From assembly GCA_951406725.2 (NCBI GenBank), contig OX597835.1, forward strand, positions 19,716,001-19,780,000: a stretch of 64,000 nucleotides of DNA, in the 5' to 3' direction. Shown here one piece after another: positions 57,953-64,000 of this stretch; the first letter of the stretch is position 1, and each line of letters starts with the position of its first letter. A model generated the notes under the pieces. That model searched no databases and was not told where the DNA came from. It was given only the letters and a program-made list of their open reading frames with translations. Made by a program: the position numbers and the translations under genes. Source of the DNA: Octopus vulgaris. Its lineage: Eukaryota.

Positions 57953-58541
57953 GCATATGGCACTGCTGGACGTAATATGAAGTCCGGTTGACAAACATTG
58001 ATCGGGAATGTCAGATTTGGCTCCAACCAAAAATACAGCTAGGCTCGAACGACAGATTTGGCTAATAGAATCATTCGCCGGACTTTCTGCGAAAGCCACA
58101 GCGAAAACATACGAAAGCCAGTATTTATACCAAAGAAAAGCAGTAGCTGAAAGTAACGACAAGTCACAAAATAGATACGAAATCACAACTAATTATAGAC
58201 ACGCCAAAACACACAGGCGAGGATGATGAAATATGAATATGCTTTTGGTTGTGTGTGTGTGAAATAAATACAAAACGACATAGTACTAATCAATTTTTCC
58301 AAACTACACACAATATATTCCTACATAAACACTCAATATCCTTTTTATAGTATCGCTGATATCATCAAATCAAGGTAGTATTATTAGCTTAAGCATCGAT
58401 TCATAATTTATATTTGCAACCATAAAACATGAGATAGGAACACAACTAAAAATCGTTGCAAATGGAGAACAAAAACAACAAAAAAATCATTAAAGATAAG
58501 TTGTACTAATAATATTAAAATAATGGAGCAATAAAAACAAT

Positions 58542-58655
<114 letters not shown>

Positions 58656-59373
58656 TATATCAGTATATGTATATATATATTTATACGTATGCATATATAT
58701 GCATCAGCTTAACATGTTGAATATTATTGCTATTATTGTTTTTATTATCATTATTATCATCGTCAACACCATCACCATAACCATCATTATCGTTGTCGTT
58801 AATAATAATAATAATAATAAGGATAATAATAGAATAATGATACCATCAAAAACCAACAAAAACAACTGCAACAACAAGAGCAATAATATCAATAGATATT
58901 TTTAGCATTATGCACATACGATATTATTCTTTATATTTTTGTCTAAATATTTAGATAAATGAAATATTTTCCCTTAGGTGAGATTAAAATAGCTGTTGAA
59001 CACACGCGTATCAGACAAACTCTTATCTCTGAAACTGGAATGTAATCTCTTTTGATTCTTGATTAGTTTTTTCCTCCCATTATATTTCATATTATGACTT
59101 TTTATATTTGATTAGTTTTCCAGGCAGCTTCGTTTGTATTATAATACACATAATCATGCTAATGAGTGGAAGAATATGCCATTAGATAAGCGAGATGCAT
59201 ACTGATTCATCGAAAAAATTTGAATGATTTTTAAGCATGTAATTAATAGAAACTTTATTATGTAATAATTGTCAGGAGATTGCTGTCGGAGTAATACATT
59301 GGACGGTATGTGAGTGTGTGCGAGTGTGTGTGTATAGTAACACACAAGCGCACCTAAACATATATGTATGCAG

Positions 59374-59495
<122 letters not shown>

Positions 59496-59899
59496 ACACA
59501 CTCATATATATGCATTTGGGTTCTGAGTGTATACGTGCATATAAATGAGTTATAAGTATCTAGAAGCACCTAAAAACGTCAACCTAGTTTTCAGTAGGTA
59601 CGACAGTGTACAGTTCACAGTGAATTAAACTATAAAGGTAGGAAGATATATTTATTAGGTGCTGGTAGGATACTGCATACATGTATGTAACAAAATCAAT
59701 AGTAAATCCAACTCTGGGGTGTGTCTCCGGTTGGGAGTATAAAATTTTGACTACAAAAGAGATTACCTAACTACGACACTTATTTCGGTAACGCCTGGGA
59801 AGTTGCATTAGCAGAAATTGTGGAATTTGGACAATGCGTGACAAAATAGACTCATTGATTCAGATATATTAAACGAGACCATGAATCTCACTTTTCGCA

Positions 59900-60450
59900 A
59901 TTTCACCCAAAGTAACGTAGGTCACAAACAAATATAATTCCATGCTTTGGATTAATATCATACGCCAATTGTCCAAGGATTGGTCTTTAAACGTGGACCT
60001 TGTTATTAGCAATCAAAGATCGTAGACGTTTAGAAATACTTGGTCGAAAAGCAGCATTTTGGGATATAAAATTTCTAGCATTATTTGTATTAACGTACAA
60101 CGACCTAAATCCAAGTGACCCCTAAATCATCCGTGGTAAGAACATACATAAATCTGAAGACAGAAGGATTAATGGATTTTTGCCTGAAATTATGGTGAGA
60201 CATTGCACTTAATGATTCTATTTCCTACATTCTGAAAGTTGCGAGAAGAGATACCATGGACATCAATAACGTAGCATCCTTGAAAGAAAATTACCCGAGC
60301 TTTCACAAGGCATCCTACTTCTGTATGGGACGCGCTGACAATATTTCCAGCACATATACCTGAGAGACATAACGATTATGTCCAGGAGCAAGAGTCTCAT
60401 TTTGCTACAAATGTCACACAACAATCTAAACATAAATATGTTCCCTTATG
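59900..60450 (+). pseudogene. Possible degenerate piggyBac-like transposase 3' remnant
   Basis: Fragments KASYFCMGR and GARVSFCYKCHTTI* resemble a C-terminal cysteine-rich domain; otherwise decayed. Confidence 0.25.
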
Positions 60451-60703
60451 GATTTATATGTATTGCTTAAAACCACAACCATCACACATATTCTGCTTTA
60501 TGATATCTAACGAGCTTTCAATTCGAAATGTGCTTGGATATATGGATATGCATACATGCACACACATCTATATTTAAAACACCTGTATACAATCACGCGC
60601 ACCGCGCACACACACATATACACAAAAGCATATATATATATATATATGTATATATAGGTATACAGATATTCACGCATGTATAGTGACTCGATTCCCGGTC
60701 CTA

Positions 60704-60756
<53 letters not shown>

Positions 60757-60921
60757 TTATTTATTTATTTATTTACACATCTCATGTATGTGTATAAGTA
60801 TAGATGTGTGTGTATATATAATGTATAAATAAATTGATATAGGATAGCAGGATTTTAGAAATTTCACTACCAGTGGCCTAGCAAATATAAAGAGTCAATA
60901 GACAACATATTTTTTATGTAG

Positions 60922-61099
60922 AATTAGTGTACATTTAAACAGAAATGAGGTGACCCTTAACAGGCAGCCTTACGTGCTAGAAGGAGCAGTCAAATCGTCC
61001 AAAACAACACTTCAGAGTAATGTCGAAGTAACTGCTCCTTTTAGCACGTAAGGCTGCCTGGTAAGAGTTTCCGCTTTTGTGTTTAAAGGTACACTAATT
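60922..61099. repeat. Imperfect inverted repeat, ~70-bp arms
   Basis: CAGGCAGCCTTACGTGCTAGAAGGAGCAGT pairs with ACTGCTCCTTTTAGCACGTAAGGCTGCCTG; AATTAGTGTAC pairs with GTACACTAATT. Confidence 0.85.
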
Positions 61100-61120
61100 A
61101 TAATGTATAAATATATATAC

Positions 61121-61180
<60 letters not shown>

Positions 61181-62087
61181 ATCTAGTATATATTTATATA
61201 TATATGCACAGATCTATCTGTGTCTGTAGGATTTTGTTTGCATATTCAATGCAAAATTATCTCTTTGTCCCATCATAAGCACATAGGGGCACCGGCTCTC
61301 TTGTATTCCCACACACACATGCACCCACGCGTACGCAAACACAAATACACACATATCCACACATACTGGTCTTCGTACAGGAAGACCAACTCAACTCTAA
61401 TAGTCTTCACGTATCAAATCTCCAATAGAATTCCGCCCAATATAACAAACGACGACGTGTGTATTTCAATACTGAGAAAAAAAGAAAGTAACAAGGAGAG
61501 GGATGGAGGTAGAGAGACAGAGAGAAATAGAGAGAGAGAGAGAGAGAAAAGAAAGGTAGCGAGATAAGAAAATTGAAAGGAAGAGGGGACGTAGGCATAT
61601 TGTGCTATGTCAATAGTGTGACTCGTATGTCATGTGAGAAATCAACAGCTTTCTCACAAACACAAATTATTTTAGCTTCGCAGCATCTTAATTGTATGGA
61701 AGTTGTAAAACGACTAATGCTACATTTACGCTGCATACGGTAGTGCACCTGCGTCTCTTGTATGTGGAACTTGACAGTTGATGAAGCAGCAACGCATTCA
61801 TTGAAGTGGTTTATATACATCAGTTGGCCCGTCTTCTTTCTCTTTGCCGCGGTTTTGTTTCCAGACAACTTGTCGACTAGAGGAAACTTCTCCTCCTTCG
61901 CAGCGATTTCGCTTTATTACGAATCGACTTTTATTCAGAGTAGGAGCACGTTGATAATGAAGTTTAATTTTCATGCTTATTCGTTTCTATGTATACATAG
62001 AGGCTTCCCGATACACACACACACACACACAGACACACACACACACACACACATGCTCATAGAAATTACATATGTATAAAATATAAT

Positions 62088-62140
<53 letters not shown>

Positions 62141-62204
62141 ATATATATATACATATATATATATATACATATATATACATACATACACATATATATATGT
62201 ATAT

Positions 62205-62258
<54 letters not shown>

Positions 62259-62939
62259 GTATATGTATATATATATATATGTATATATATATACATACAT
62301 ATATAGATACATATATATATATATATACACACACACATATTTATATATATATACATGAGTGTGTGTGTGTGTATGTATATATACATATAGACACGCACGC
62401 ACACACAAACACAAGCACACACACACATGCATATATGCATGCGTATACATGTCAATGTTTGCGAGAATGTCTACGACTGTTTATTTGTACGCATGCGCCT
62501 TCATAGGCAAGTATTTGTGCAATTGTATGCGTGCTTTCTCGTGGGGTCCTTCTCCCTCCGTCTCTACATCAATACATCTCCTCGATCGGTATCGTTACAG
62601 CAGTCTATCAAACCACCAATATAGCGAAAAAAAATACACAAAACGAAGTGAAACATTACATCCGCTTTTGCCTTCTCTTCCATATCAGTGAAAAGGAAAA
62701 GAAACGAGAAATTTATAACCGAACCGTTTAACATTTTATTGACTTGGCGGACATCTTTGTCTGTACGTCTACAATATAACAACGGCGATACATTACCGTC
62801 CAGGCTGCTCTCATCAGTAAACACATTTCCTAGTTATATCATATGTTATATCGAGTCGGAAGTTTTTCAGATATATTCATGCGTTAAAATTCATGTCATC
62901 GTCGTAAACCTCGCGTCATCACCGTAGCCTCCATCACGG

Positions 62940-63300
62940 GCGTCGCCGTCGTCACCGTCATCCTCATCCTCATCCTCATCCTCATCATTAGCGTCGTCGT
63001 CGTCGTCACCACCATCATCATCATCATCCTTATCATGGTCATCATCATCTTCCTCATCATCTTCCTCATCATCTTCCTCATTATCATCATCATCATCACC
63101 ACCATCCCCTTCCTCCTGTTCCTCCTCCCCCTCCTCATCATCATCATCAACATCATCATAATCATCATCATCATCGTTGTCTTCACCGTCGTCGTCATCA
63201 TAATTAATCGTCATCAACATCATCATCATCATTATCATCATCATCATCGTCGTCGTCGTCGTCGTCGTCGAATCAGCATATTCATCAACACCATCAACGT
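62940..63300. repeat. (CAT)n/(CGT)n/(CCT)n low-complexity tract
   Basis: Direct inspection. Confidence 0.95.
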
Positions 63301-63314
63301 TGTTATCATTGCGC

Positions 63315-63590
63315 GAGAGAGCAGCAGCGCATGCCATCATGGTGAGGCTGGGTTGCAAATATTCCAAGCTCAATATGCCCATCATGGCTAGGCTACCCGT
63401 ATCATAAGGTTATACGAAACCGATACATCATAACCATACGTGCACGACATACTGAGTCTATATCAACGCAAACAGTGCATTACCGTGCATGCGTGACCCA
63501 GTATTTACTTCAGGTTGAGTAGCCCCTTCTGCACAAAAGATCCCTGAATAAGAGTTAGTTAGGGATGATGGACGAAGCAGCCATGTTCTC
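63315..63590 (-). mobile_element. Family D, old diverged copy
   Basis: GAGAGAGCAG...CTACCCGT...CTTCAGGTTGAGTAGCCC...TCCCTGAATAAG is collinear with 42638-42906. Confidence 0.8.
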
Positions 63591-63599
63591 ACATAGAAC

Positions 63600-63865
63600 A
63601 TACCAGTTACGCACTAGGGTCGATGTAATCGACTTAATACCTTTGTCTGTCCTTGTTTGTCCACTCTGTGTTTAGCCCCTTGTGGGTAAAATACAAATAG
63701 GTATTTCGTCTATCTTTACGTTCTGAATTCAAATTCCACCGAGGTAGACTTTGCCCCTCATCCTTTTGGTGTTGATAAACTAAGTACCAGTTGTGTACTG
63801 GCGTCTATCTAAACGACTCTCCCCCTCCCCCAAAATTTCTAGCCTTGAGCTTCGAGTAGAAAAAG
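63600..63865 (+). mobile_element. SINE family B, 3' part plus second unit
   Basis: Matches family B blocks. Confidence 0.85.
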
Positions 63866-64000
63866 GATATTTGCATCGCTGATTATAAGCGAGAGTAGCA
63901 GGATAGCATCATAGTCATGTATTGAGAGGAGTGTTTTATAACTCTATGTGAGGACTCTATGTGAGGACATGTCATATAAATGATGCACGTATTCTGTAGA

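Noticed and set aside
61830-61955. Strong pyrimidine tract plus AG followed by TTCRLEETSPP...
   Set aside because: No good donor or recognisable homology; unsupported without RNA data
62795-62825. Other CTGANGA matches (also ~2753, 13420, 29387, 32822)
   Set aside because: No downstream stem II, GAAAC and stem I complement
62891-63391. Acidic D/E-rich 164-aa ORF
   Set aside because: (CAT)n/(CCT)n low complexity joined to a family D repeat

Overview
AT-rich, repeat-saturated eukaryotic DNA, intronic or intergenic. The dense (TA)n/(TG)n/(AAT)n microsatellites and tRNA-derived SINE families suggest a coleoid cephalopod, probably Octopus (inference). Nearly all supplied ORFs are microsatellite or SINE translations, and no intact protein-coding gene is visible. 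Contents: several SINE families (labelled A, B, C, E here), (TAA)n-embedded elements with an R4/Dong-type ORF remnant, a mariner-derived palindromic MITE and other MITEs, and an LTR with a tRNA-Trp primer-binding site. The main unexplained signal is about ten type I hammerhead-ribozyme motifs from about six unrelated short element families, nearly all in or beside (TA)n tracts. Several sit in inverted or partial-tandem arrangements typical of Penelope-like element pseudo-LTRs. The best (14351-14395, mirrored at 14034-14078) is fully canonical. Weaker leads are a 21-nt candidate microexon, a candidate first coding exon and an 845-bp palindrome. Coordinates were read by eye and may be off by a few bases.
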